Position numbers and translations under genes: made by a program
Shown here: piece by piece, positions 10,140-18,538 of the stretch
Numbering within the stretch: position 1 is the stretch's first letter
How the letters are laid out: every line of letters starts with the position of its first letter
DNA from: Gemmatimonadota bacterium
GTDB lineage: Bacteria > Gemmatimonadota > Gemmatimonadetes > Gemmatimonadales > Gemmatimonadaceae
NCBI GenBank assembly: GCA_016712265.1
Contig: JADJRJ010000028.1
Location: 1,076,329-1,140,328, forward strand
Length of the DNA: 64,000 nt
Direction: 5' to 3'
Notes under the pieces: generated by a model
The model's database searches: none
Told to the model about the DNA's origin: nothing
Seen by the model: only the letters and a program-made list of their open reading frames with translations

Positions 10140-10200
10140 CCCTCGGTAAAGATATATCGAAAAGATATTGCGTAAGCCGGGCCCGGCAAGGGGGGCTTTA
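10140..10200 (-). promoter_or_regulatory. AT-rich operator-like inverted repeat (ATATC-N5-GATAT) plus GC palindrome GCCGGGCCCGGC; candidate PadR promoter/operator and terminator of the upstream efflux operon
   Basis: A local AT-rich island (aaagatatatcgaaaagatattgcgtaa) in a ~70% GC genome, immediately upstream of the PadR start. The palindrome gccgggcccggc is followed on the minus strand by U-rich sequence. Confidence 0.35.
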
Positions 10201-10259
10201 AAACGGAGAGGGCGCCCGGCAATCGCCGAGCGCCCCTGGTACCCTTGGAGTGACGTGAT

Positions 10260-11483
10260 CTACTCGTACCGAAGGGCCAGGATAGGATCCAGTCGCGCGG
10301 CCCGCCGAGCTGGCCAGACCCCGAAGAGCACTCCAACGACGGCCGAAAAGCCGAATGCCAAGCCGACTGAGGTGGGCGAAATCGAGGTGTTCCACTGGAA
10401 CGCGTTACTGAGCCAGGTTGCGATGCCAGTCCCAAGCAGGATACCCAGCAGTCCGCCGAGGAGACACAGTACGACCGCCTCGATGAGGAACTGGATGAGG
10501 ATGTTCCAGCGCGTCGCGCCGAGGGCCTTCCGCACTCCAATCTCGCGGGTTCGCTCGGTGACAGAGACCAGCATGATGTTCATGATGCCGATGCCACCCA
10601 CGAGGAGCGACACGGCCGCGATACCAGACAGCAGGTACGTGAACACCTCGGTCGTTTCCGCGAAGGTGCTCAGGAAGTCCGACTGGTTGCGGATGCTGAA
10701 GTCGTCGGGACGACCTGGGCGGATCCGGTGCTCGCGACGCAGGACGCGCTGAATCTCCGCTATCGTCTCGTCGATCTTGTCCTCGGATGGCGCGAGGACG
10801 GAGATGGATCTGAGGCGCTCCGTGCCGAGGGCACGATACCGCGCCGTCTGCAAGGGAATGAAGAGCTGGTCGTCCGGGTTCTGAAAGCCGCCGGACTGTC
10901 CCTTTGCCTCGAGCACTCCGACGACCGTGAACTGGATCCCGCGGATGCGAATGGGTTCGTCGAGGATCGCGTACGGTCCGTTGAGTCCAAGGTTCTTGAC
11001 GACTTCGGGACCGATCACGGCGACGCGGGCCTTGGCCGCATCTTCTGCCGAGGTGAAGAACCGACCAGCGGCGAGCTTGAACTTGCGAACCTCGGGGTAG
11101 TTGCTGGTCGTGCCGACTACCGAAGTTCCGGTGTTCTTGTTCAGGTACGTCACCTGAAGGTCCCGCGCCATTTCGGGTTGGATGGCAGCGAGGTTGTTGC
11201 CCTTTTCCTCCAGGGCGACCGCATCCTTCATGACCATGCGGGCCCGGTCGTTGAACGAGAAGAACCCACCCCCCATGCGCTGTTGGCCGGGGGATACCGT
11301 CAGCAGGGTCGTCCCGAGCGCGGCGATCCGGTCCTTTACCGCCAGTTGCGCACCGGTGCCCAGGGCGATCATCGCAATGACCGCTGCGACGCCAATGACG
11401 ATGCCGAGCATCGTGAGCATCGAGCGCAGCTTGTTGGCCCGCAATGCACCGAGGGCGACGACGAAGATTTCGCCGAGTACCAT
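10260..11483 (-). CDS. ABC-transporter permease, FtsX/MacB-like (permease only, no fused ATPase)
   Basis: 407 aa with an N-terminal TM, a large periplasmic domain, a C-terminal FtsX 3-TM bundle and a terminal ...LRYE. It has no Walker motifs. Confidence 0.8.
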   Translation of the reverse strand: MVLGEIFVVALGALRANKLRSMLTMLGIVIGVAAVIAMIALGTGAQLAVKDRIAALGTTLLTVSPGQQRMGGGFFSFNDRARMVMKDAVALEEKGNNLAAIQPEMARDLQVTYLNKNTGTSVVGTTSNYPEVRKFKLAAGRFFTSAEDAAKARVAVIGPEVVKNLGLNGPYAILDEPIRIRGIQFTVVGVLEAKGQSGGFQNPDDQLFIPLQTARYRALGTERLRSISVLAPSEDKIDETIAEIQRVLRREHRIRPGRPDDFSIRNQSDFLSTFAETTEVFTYLLSGIAAVSLLVGGIGIMNIMLVSVTERTREIGVRKALGATRWNILIQFLIEAVVLCLLGGLLGILLGTGIATWLSNAFQWNTSISPTSVGLAFGFSAVVGVLFGVWPARRAARLDPILALRYE

Positions 11484-11492
11484 GGCGGGGAC

Positions 11493-13286
11493 CTATTGGC
11501 GCGGGGGGCCGCCGCCGGGGGCGCCACCAGCGCCTCCGGTTGCCCCACCGGTGGTCGCCGACCCTTGCTGGCGCTGCATGCCGGGCATCCCGCCGCCTGT
11601 CATTTGCCGGAACCTGGCGTTGGAGGAGTCACGCGCCGCTTGGATCGCCGCCGTCGCCAGTAGGGCCACCTGGTCGCCCTCATTGAGGCCGGAGACAACC
11701 TCCGTGTAGTCGAAGTTGGCCGCACCGAGCCGGACAACCTTTGGCGTGTAGGTGCCGTTGGCGACCACAAAGACCACGCCGGTGCGAGTCCGCACGCGCG
11801 TGGGGAACTCGCCGCCCTGTGTGGGGCGTGCCCCCCCGGTTCGGCCAGTGGCGGACTGACCTGCGGCGGGTGACGCACCAGCTGGTCCCTGTCCACCGTT
11901 AGACGGCTGGGCCTGGGCACCCGGCGCGCCGCCGGGTCGGCCGCCCCCCTGACAGCCGCGGGCGATCATCGCGTCGACGCCCAACTCGCCGTACAGCTTG
12001 GTGGATTCCTCGCGCATCGCCGCGAAGTCGACCTGGCCGTCCATCATCTTCTGGCGCAGGTCGGCAAGCTGCTTGGCCACGGCCGGCTTCTTGGCCAGGG
12101 CGTCGCGGTACTTCGCGCAATCGGCTTCGCTCGCCTGCGGCGCCTGGCGTCCAGCACCACCTTGACCACCGGGCCGACCTCCTTGCTGCGGGAGTTCCAC
12201 GTCACCGGGCATCATCCGCATGCCGCGCGGGGGGCCGCCCATGTTGGGGAGGCCCTGTTCCTGCTGACCGCGACGTCCGCCACCGCCCATGCCACCGAAC
12301 TGCTGCATCTGCGCCTGGATCGAGGCGCTGACGCTGTCCGGGATGAGTCCCATCGATCCCGCGAGCATGGGTGCCTCGCGCGTCGTGCGGATCGCGTCAT
12401 TCGGGATGGCGAGCACGTTCTCCCGGCGCTCCACGAGCACCGAGGCCTCGCCATTCATGCCGGGCTTCAGCAGGCCTTCGCTGTTGTTGAGGTTGATGAG
12501 CACGGGGAACATCGTCACGCTTTGCTGGATAACGGCCTGCGGCTCGATTTTCTCGACGGTGCCCTGGAACGGTCGGTCAGGGAAGGCATCGACGGTCACG
12601 GTGGTCTGCTGACCGGCGGTGACCTGGCCGATGTCCGTTTCGTTGAACAGCGCGCGCATGCGCACCTTGGTGAGGTCGGCCATCTTGAGGAGCGTGGTGC
12701 CGCCACCGACGCCGCTGGTCGCCGACGTGATCACCTGGCCTAACGAGACCGTCTTCTCGATGATGGTCCCACTGTTGGGGGCACGGACCGTGGCGTCGTC
12801 CAGTCGCTGCTGGGCGAGGTCGAGCGAGGTGCGCGCCCGGATCACGGCGGCTTGCGCGTTCGCGTAATCCAGCTGCGCGGTCTCATGTTCCTGCGCGGTG
12901 ATGATGCGCTGGCCGAACAGGTCGTCGTTGCGCTTCTTTTGCGCTTCGGAGACTTGCAGGCGCGCCTCGGCGGCGTTGAGGTCCGCGCGCGCCTGGTCGA
13001 ACTGGTTCTGGACGTCCCGGGTTTCCAGCTGCACGAGCAGGTCGCCGGCGGCAATCTTGCTCCCGGTCTCGACGGTCATCTGGGTGATTTGCCCGGACGA
13101 CTTGGACTTGACCTCGACGACGTTGATCGGCTCGATGGCTCCGGAGGCGGTGGCGTCGAGCACGATGGTCCGCCGGGTCACGGCGGCCGTCGGGATGGTG
13201 ATCTCCTGCACTTCTTCCTTCTTGCAGGCGGCGACGAGGACGCCGAGCAGGAGCAGGCGCGATGTAGTCACGGATGGAGCGGTCAT
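11493..13286 (-). CDS. efflux periplasmic adaptor (HlyD/MacA-like membrane fusion protein) with long Gly/Gln/Pro-rich low-complexity insertions
   Basis: A lipoprotein signal (LVAACKKE) is followed by a coiled-coil hairpin (NAAEARLQVSEAQKKRNDDL...), lipoyl and beta-barrel segments, and then about 200 extra low-complexity residues. Confidence 0.75.
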   Translation of the reverse strand: MTAPSVTTSRLLLLGVLVAACKKEEVQEITIPTAAVTRRTIVLDATASGAIEPINVVEVKSKSSGQITQMTVETGSKIAAGDLLVQLETRDVQNQFDQARADLNAAEARLQVSEAQKKRNDDLFGQRIITAQEHETAQLDYANAQAAVIRARTSLDLAQQRLDDATVRAPNSGTIIEKTVSLGQVITSATSGVGGGTTLLKMADLTKVRMRALFNETDIGQVTAGQQTTVTVDAFPDRPFQGTVEKIEPQAVIQQSVTMFPVLINLNNSEGLLKPGMNGEASVLVERRENVLAIPNDAIRTTREAPMLAGSMGLIPDSVSASIQAQMQQFGGMGGGGRRGQQEQGLPNMGGPPRGMRMMPGDVELPQQGGRPGGQGGAGRQAPQASEADCAKYRDALAKKPAVAKQLADLRQKMMDGQVDFAAMREESTKLYGELGVDAMIARGCQGGGRPGGAPGAQAQPSNGGQGPAGASPAAGQSATGRTGGARPTQGGEFPTRVRTRTGVVFVVANGTYTPKVVRLGAANFDYTEVVSGLNEGDQVALLATAAIQAARDSSNARFRQMTGGGMPGMQRQQGSATTGGATGGAGGAPGGGPPRQ

Positions 13287-13299
13287 GGAGGGGACCCGG

Positions 13300-14589
13300 T
13301 CAGGGGATGGTGCGGCCGAGCAGGGCCTCGATCTGGGCCTTGGCCAACCGGGCGTCGTAGCGCGCCTGGATCAAGGAAAAACGCGCTTGGTTGAGGGTGC
13401 TCTGGGAGGTCAGGACGTCGAGCAAGGTCGAGGAGCCCAAGGCGTATCGCTGGTTCTGGACGCGAAGGTCTTCGTCTCCGGCTTCCACCGAGGCCAGCTG
13501 GATCCCGATGCGCGCTTCGGCGAGCCGCAGCGAGCCCAGCAACTGGGTCAGCTGCTGTTCCGCTGCGAGGCGGGCATCGCGCAGTTGAGCCTGTGCGTTG
13601 GTCTCGGCGATCGATGCGCGGGCCTGGTTTTCCTCACGCGTGAGCCCGTTGAAGATCTGGTAGTTGAAGTTGAGGCGCAGGGTGCGGAGGCTGCTGAACG
13701 GGCCGCCGGTTGGTGCAAAGGCTTCGTCGGTGCGCTGGCCGCTGAGGCCGTAGCCCAAGCTGAAGGTCGGCCAGTAGCTGGTCTTTGCCGAGCGGCGCGC
13801 CTGGGCGGTCGCCGCCAGCTGGCGGCGCGCGGCGACGATGCTCGGGGATTCTTCCAGCATGCGGCGGATCTCGACCGAGTCCAGCCGCACCTGCGGGACC
13901 GCGGCGCCTTCCTCGTTCACCGCCGTGACATTGTCGTTGGTGCCGGTGATGCGGCTGAGGTTGGCCGCAGCCACGCGGATGTTGTTTTCCGCATTGAGGA
14001 TCGAGAGTTGCGCGTTGCCGACTGCAATCACCGACCGGAGCGAATCTGACTTGGTCGCAGCGCCTGCGGCCACCCGTGCGCTGGCGACCTTGAGCTGCTG
14101 ATCGGCCTGGGCGAATTGCGCCTGGGCAGCGGCGCGCGATTCCCGTGCGGCGAGGATGTTGAAGTATTGCTGGCTGACGTCCAGCGCAACCCGATAGTTG
14201 GAGAGGCGCTCGTTGGCCTCGGCGGCGTCCTGCTCCGCCTGCGCATTGCGCAGGTTGAACAACCGGCGCCCGGCATCGAAGAGTTCGAGGTTGGAGTTCA
14301 GGCCGCGAGAGAAGCTCCACGGGGTGGAGATCGCGACGAGGCGCCCATTGGGCCCGAGGTTCTCACCGTTGGAACTCGAGGCGCCCGCGGACATGCTGAA
14401 CGTGGGGAGAAACGTGCCGTACGCCGTGCGCACGGCGGCATCACTCGCGCGGATCTGACCGCGCGCCGAGACGGTCGATGGCGAATTCAGCTGCGCGAGC
14501 CGGATGGCTTCCTCGAGCGAGATGGCGCGGGCGCCGTCCTGCGCGGCCAACGTACCGGGCAGCAGGCCCAGGATCAGGAGTCGCTTCAT
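13300..14589 (-). CDS. TolC-family outer-membrane efflux protein
   Basis: A 429-aa protein with a signal peptide and two repeats of the OEP helical/beta pattern. It lies in an operon with the MFP and the permease. Confidence 0.75.
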   Translation of the reverse strand: MKRLLILGLLPGTLAAQDGARAISLEEAIRLAQLNSPSTVSARGQIRASDAAVRTAYGTFLPTFSMSAGASSSNGENLGPNGRLVAISTPWSFSRGLNSNLELFDAGRRLFNLRNAQAEQDAAEANERLSNYRVALDVSQQYFNILAARESRAAAQAQFAQADQQLKVASARVAAGAATKSDSLRSVIAVGNAQLSILNAENNIRVAAANLSRITGTNDNVTAVNEEGAAVPQVRLDSVEIRRMLEESPSIVAARRQLAATAQARRSAKTSYWPTFSLGYGLSGQRTDEAFAPTGGPFSSLRTLRLNFNYQIFNGLTREENQARASIAETNAQAQLRDARLAAEQQLTQLLGSLRLAEARIGIQLASVEAGDEDLRVQNQRYALGSSTLLDVLTSQSTLNQARFSLIQARYDARLAKAQIEALLGRTIP

Positions 14590-14963
14590 GCCCGCCCGTC
14601 TTCCTTCTTGGTGGAGTCACTCAGGTCGCGGAGCATGGCCTCGAATTCTGCGCGCTGGCGCTCATCCAGGACATCCCGCATGTGATCGCGCGCCTGAAGC
14701 TTGATGCTGTCGAGCTGTGGCCTGAGCGGTGCCATCGCCTTGCGATACTGCTGCGAACGCCCGTCGAGGATCGAGTCCATCTGCGCGCGCTGGACCCCAG
14801 ACAGCTGGAGGCGGCTGGACATGACCTCGACGAGGGGATTCTCGCCGCGGACCACGCACACCTTGCCTCGCTCCATGTATCGATTGGCGCTAAAGCCTAA
14901 CGCCCCGCCCGTGATAAAGGTTCCAAGGAGAAAGGCAAGCGCCACGTTTTTCTGTGCTTTCAC
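14586..14963 (-). CDS. periplasmic Spy/CpxP/ZraP-like protein (LTxxQ-type repeats)
   Basis: 125 aa with an N-terminal TM/signal and paired LxxxQ motifs (LSGVQRAQMDSIL, LDERQRAEFEAML). Its start overlaps the TolC stop. Confidence 0.5.
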   Translation of the reverse strand: MKAQKNVALAFLLGTFITGGALGFSANRYMERGKVCVVRGENPLVEVMSSRLQLSGVQRAQMDSILDGRSQQYRKAMAPLRPQLDSIKLQARDHMRDVLDERQRAEFEAMLRDLSDSTKKEDGRA

Positions 14964-14972
14964 GGTGGCTCC

Positions 14973-15350
14973 CTAATGCGTGAGGAGGTAGCGGAGCGTC
15001 TGGTTGCGATCACGGTCGACCGGAGCCACCACTTCCGAGAGCAGCGGAATCTCCGCCGGGGTGTCGAGCAGTTCGCGCACGGCGAGGCGTTCCTGCGCGG
15101 CGCGGGTCTGCCACGAGGCTACCCCGATGACGATGATCGCGGCCGCGGCCGCCGCCAAACCATACCGTGCCCAGCCGGACAGCCACGCGGACCAGTCGCG
15201 GCCACTTTCGCCGCGCACGCGGGCCATGACGCGGGCTTCCAGTTCCTCCCAGTATGACGGATTGGAGGGCGCACTGTAGTGCGACACGAGGGTCCGTCGC
15301 ACGTACATGTCGTCGGCCTCGGGGAGGCGGGGGTCCTGGGAGAAGCTCAT
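14973..15350 (-). CDS. putative anti-sigma factor, single-pass membrane protein
   Basis: 125 aa with one TM helix (YGLAAAAAAIIVIGVASW). Its start overlaps the sigma-factor stop (ATGA), the typical sigma/anti-sigma arrangement. Confidence 0.5.
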   Translation of the reverse strand: MSFSQDPRLPEADDMYVRRTLVSHYSAPSNPSYWEELEARVMARVRGESGRDWSAWLSGWARYGLAAAAAAIIVIGVASWQTRAAQERLAVRELLDTPAEIPLLSEVVAPVDRDRNQTLRYLLTH

Positions 15351-15958
15351 AAGTGACTCCGGATGCCGCTAAGCGCCTGGCGCAGCCGGGCGCGTGCGTG
15401 ATGCAGGTCGGAACGGGCGGTGCCTTCAGGGATGCCGAGCATCTGGCCGATCTCGGCGTGCTTGAACCCTTCTACGTCGTGGAGGACGATCACCGATCGT
15501 TGGCGATCACCTAACGATGCCAACGCTGCGTCCAGCCGTCGCCGCAATTCGTCCGACTCGGCCGGGTCACGAAACGGCGAGGCCATGGTGTCGGCGAGTG
15601 CGTCGGCGTCCCGCACCTTCTTGCGGCGCGTGATGTCGAGGGCGGCATTGGCGACGATGCGGTGGAGCCAGGCTCCAAAGGCCTGATCGGGGATGAACCG
15701 CTGGAGGGCCCGATAGGCGTGCAGGAACCCCTCCTGCACAGCATCCTCAGCGTCCTCGTGCGTGAGCACGATGGCCCGCGCCACAGCGTAGGCGCGCCGC
15801 TGATGGATGCGAACCAGTGAGGCGAACGCGTCCGGGTCCCCTTGCTGGGCCGCCACGACGTGTCCCTGCTCCACGGAACGATCGGCGACCTCACCCACGA
15901 GGCGGAGCCTCGGGGTCGGGGTCGGCAGCATTCCCGCAGTGGCAGTGGCAGTCGTCAC
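15347..15958 (-). CDS. ECF (sigma-70 family) RNA polymerase sigma factor
   Basis: Region 2 and region 4 motifs (LVRIHQRRAYAVARAI ... FLHAYRAL ... SVIVLHDVEGFKHAEIGQMLGIPEGTARSDLHHARARL). Confidence 0.8.
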   Translation of the reverse strand: MTTATATAGMLPTPTPRLRLVGEVADRSVEQGHVVAAQQGDPDAFASLVRIHQRRAYAVARAIVLTHEDAEDAVQEGFLHAYRALQRFIPDQAFGAWLHRIVANAALDITRRKKVRDADALADTMASPFRDPAESDELRRRLDAALASLGDRQRSVIVLHDVEGFKHAEIGQMLGIPEGTARSDLHHARARLRQALSGIRSHL

Positions 15959-16020
15959 AGGTGGTCAGCAGATCGTCACTCCCTTGAACGCGGTTGTCGC
16001 GCGCAATGTTGACCCCGGGG

Positions 16021-16620
16021 TCATGCGGGCGGCCTCGGCGTGCCATCCAGGCCGAGCACTGGCGCGACGGACCGCATGGAGTCGATGACGAAGCGGATAT
16101 GGGGCTCGAGTTCGACGCCGAGGTCGGCCGCTCCGTTAATGACATCCTCGCGGTTGACCCCCCGGGCAAAGGCCTTGTCCTTCATCTTCTTCTGGACAGA
16201 ACGCGGGTCGACCTCGTGGACACTGCGGCTTGGGCGAACCAGGGCGGTCGCCGTGATGAGCCCGGACAGTTCGTCCACCGCAAAGAGCGTTTTCGCCATG
16301 CGGGTGACCCGGGGGACACCCGAGTAGGTGGCGTGTCCCAGGATGGCCTCGAGGATTGGTTCCGGATACCCGAGCCCGCGGAGTATCCTCACCCCTTCGG
16401 CCGGGTGCTCCGCATCTGGTGAGTGTTCGGCATTCGGCCAGCGCTCGTAGTCGAAGTCGTGCAGGAGTCCGGCGAGCCCCCATGCCTCCTCGTCCTCACC
16501 GAAGTGGCGGGCGTAGGCCCGCATGGCGGCTTCCACGGAGCACATGTGCTTTCTCAGCGAATCAGAAGCGGTGTACTCGCACATCAGCGCGTGAGCGGCT
16601 TCCCGCGTGGGCAGGGTCAT
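16021..16620 (-). CDS. HD-domain phosphohydrolase
   Basis: 199 aa starting MTLPTREAAH, with HD motif context (GLLHDFDYERW, AILGHATYS). The upstream 127 codons of the open frame are Pro/Arg-rich and are rejected as non-coding. Confidence 0.65.
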   Translation of the reverse strand: MTLPTREAAHALMCEYTASDSLRKHMCSVEAAMRAYARHFGEDEEAWGLAGLLHDFDYERWPNAEHSPDAEHPAEGVRILRGLGYPEPILEAILGHATYSGVPRVTRMAKTLFAVDELSGLITATALVRPSRSVHEVDPRSVQKKMKDKAFARGVNREDVINGAADLGVELEPHIRFVIDSMRSVAPVLGLDGTPRPPA

Positions 16621-16940
16621 GGCAGGTGATTGGGTGATCGACCGTGGGAAGGTGCCGCTGCAACGCGGTCTGAACCAGAGGCGCCCGCAGCCCGGCAAGT
16701 GCAATCGCACTGTCTGGCGGGGTGCGGACCAGGGCAGCTGCCGCGATTGACGACGTGTTTCTGGCGTTCCGGGAAGCTGAGCGCCCGCGGTCGGGCTCGG
16801 CGGCGGCTCTACGGGGGATGCGGGAGCCGCGCGAACCCGGGGCCTGCGCTGGGAGCGCGGCCGGCGGGCATCACTGGAGTTTTCGTGGGGTCCCCGAGGG
16901 AGCGCCAGTCGGACGAACGGGCGCCCCCTGACGGCGCAGC

Positions 16941-17084
16941 CTAGTGCTTGGCGGCGCCAGCTGGTGCAGGGCTGTGCGAAGCGAACTTCGCATTCGTCCA
17001 CTGCACGATTCCGTAAGACATGACGAACAGGAGGACCGCGGTGATGATCAGTCCCTTGAAGGCGGCCGGCTTGTCGTTGTGCAT
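16941..17084 (-). CDS. possible 47-aa small membrane peptide
   Basis: ATG..TAG ORF MHNDKPAAFKGLIITAVLLFVMSYGIVQWTNAKFASHSPAPAGAAKH with a single TM helix, lying between the ppiase and HD genes on the same strand. It is below the track size cutoff and has no obvious SD. Confidence 0.25.
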   Translation of the reverse strand: MHNDKPAAFKGLIITAVLLFVMSYGIVQWTNAKFASHSPAPAGAAKH

Positions 17085-17113
17085 GGAAAGGAGAGGCAGG
17101 GAGTCAGGAGGGA

Positions 17114-17572
17114 TTACTCGACCTTCGCGGAGACCAACTCGTCATTCTGGCGAATCAGCGGGAGGACGTCGAGCCCTTCGGTGATGTTGCCGAAGACGGT
17201 GTGGACCCCGTCCAGATGCCGGGTGTTCGACTCCGAGAGTACCATGAAAAATTGCGAGCCACCCGTGTCCTTGCCGGCGTGAGCCATGGACAGCGCTCCG
17301 ACCCGATGTTTTCGCGGATTGCCCTTTGTCTCGCATTTGATGGTGTAGCCCGGGCCGCCGGTGCCCACCGGGCCCTTGGCCGCCTCACCACCCTTGGAGT
17401 AGGGATCGCCACCCTGCACGACAAATTCCGGAATTACGCGGTGGAACCGGGTGCCGTCGTAGTAGCCACTATTGGCGAGTTTTTCAAAGTTCTCGACGGT
17501 GCCGGGGGCATCCTGATCGTAGAGTTCGGCGACGACGGTGCCGCGGGAGGTGACGATGGTGGCCTTCTTCAT
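17114..17572 (-). CDS. ppiB: peptidyl-prolyl cis-trans isomerase, cyclophilin type
   Basis: Cyclophilin motifs ([34 protein letters not shown]). Confidence 0.85.
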   Translation of the reverse strand: MKKATIVTSRGTVVAELYDQDAPGTVENFEKLANSGYYDGTRFHRVIPEFVVQGGDPYSKGGEAAKGPVGTGGPGYTIKCETKGNPRKHRVGALSMAHAGKDTGGSQFFMVLSESNTRHLDGVHTVFGNITEGLDVLPLIRQNDELVSAKVE

Positions 17573-17633
17573 CGGGCGGGGAACGGGGTGGTCGGGGTCG
17601 AGGTCGAAAGGTAGTCAGCGCCTGTGGGGAGGG

Positions 17634-18473
17634 CTACACGAGGGCGGATGGACAGTGCGTCCGGAGGGTGCACTCGCCGCATTTGGGCCTGCGGGCATCG
17701 CAGACCCGTCGGCCATGCCAGATGAGGAGGTGGGAGAGCAAGGCCCAATGCTCGGCGGGGAAGGCGCGCATCAGGTCCTGTTCGACCTTCACCGGGTCGG
17801 TTTCGCTCGTTAGGCCCAGCCGGAGGGCGAGGCGGCCGACGTGTGTGTCCACGACGACGCCCTCGTTGATCCCGAAGGCGTTGCCCAGGACGACGTTGGC
17901 GGTCTTGCGGCCCACGCCGGGGAGTTTCACCAGCTCGGCGATGGTCCGGGGGAGCTCGCCGGCGTGCCGCTCCGAGATGGCGACCGCTGCCCCGCCGAGT
18001 GAACGGGCCTTGGCCCGAAAGAAGCCGGTCGTGCGGATGACGTCCTCGACGTCGGCCGGTGGCGCGGAGGCGAGATCAGCGGGGGTGGGCCAGCGCCGGA
18101 AGAGCTCCGGGGTGACCATGTTCACGCGCTTGTCGGTGCACTGCGCGGAGAGGATGGTGGCGGCGAGCAATTCCCACGGGGATCGGTAGTCGAGCTCGCA
18201 GTGGGCGTCGGGGTACAAGGCGGTCAGGGCATCCCATAACCAGCGCGCGTGGTCGATCAGCGCGTCGCCGGAACGCTGGGCGATGCGTGGTTTTGTCTGG
18301 GTTGGGGATGGCGAGGTTGTAGTCCCCGGCTTTTTCGGCCCTATCTTCGAGTTCGGGGGGGGGGCCCCCCGCGCCCCGCGGGCCGGGGTCGTGGCGAGCG
18401 GCTTTCGCCCGGTCGCCACCTTCGGTCGTCGCTGCGACAAGGGCTGTCGCGGTGCTCCCCCTCCCTTCGGCAT
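17634..18473 (-). CDS. nth: endonuclease III (Nth, HhH-GPD with 4Fe-4S cluster) with ~70-aa basic Lys/Pro/Thr-rich N-terminal extension
   Basis: HhH-GPD (LVKLPGVGRKTANVVL) and a C-terminal Cys cluster (C-x6-C-x2-C-x5-C). The N-extension is MPKGGGAPRQ...KKPGTTTSPSPTQTKPR. Confidence 0.8.
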   Translation of the reverse strand: MPKGGGAPRQPLSQRRPKVATGRKPLATTPARGARGAPPPNSKIGPKKPGTTTSPSPTQTKPRIAQRSGDALIDHARWLWDALTALYPDAHCELDYRSPWELLAATILSAQCTDKRVNMVTPELFRRWPTPADLASAPPADVEDVIRTTGFFRAKARSLGGAAVAISERHAGELPRTIAELVKLPGVGRKTANVVLGNAFGINEGVVVDTHVGRLALRLGLTSETDPVKVEQDLMRAFPAEHWALLSHLLIWHGRRVCDARRPKCGECTLRTHCPSALV

Positions 18474-18538
18474 CTCGGATCTCTCAGGCGTAGGCTCCAG
18501 CGAAACCTACCCCGACTGCCCGCCTGCCACGAACATTC

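Noticed and set aside
12898-14049. Long plus-strand ORFs antisense to the MFP and TolC genes (12898..14049, 12852..13394)
   Set aside because: These are typical stop-codon-free antisense frames in 70% GC coding DNA, with low-complexity composition and no domain signatures.
16650-16700. tRNA-like T-loop motif GGTTCAGACC (minus strand) in the 16621-16940 gap
   Set aside because: It does not fit the GGTTCRANYCC consensus, since the 7th base is G. There is no acceptor stem or CCA context and no D-loop motif nearby.
16621-17001. 127-aa N-terminal extension of the HD-domain ORF 16021..17001
   Set aside because: It has the Pro/Arg/Ser-rich composition typical of an open non-coding frame in high-GC DNA, and the HD protein has a good ATG at 16620.
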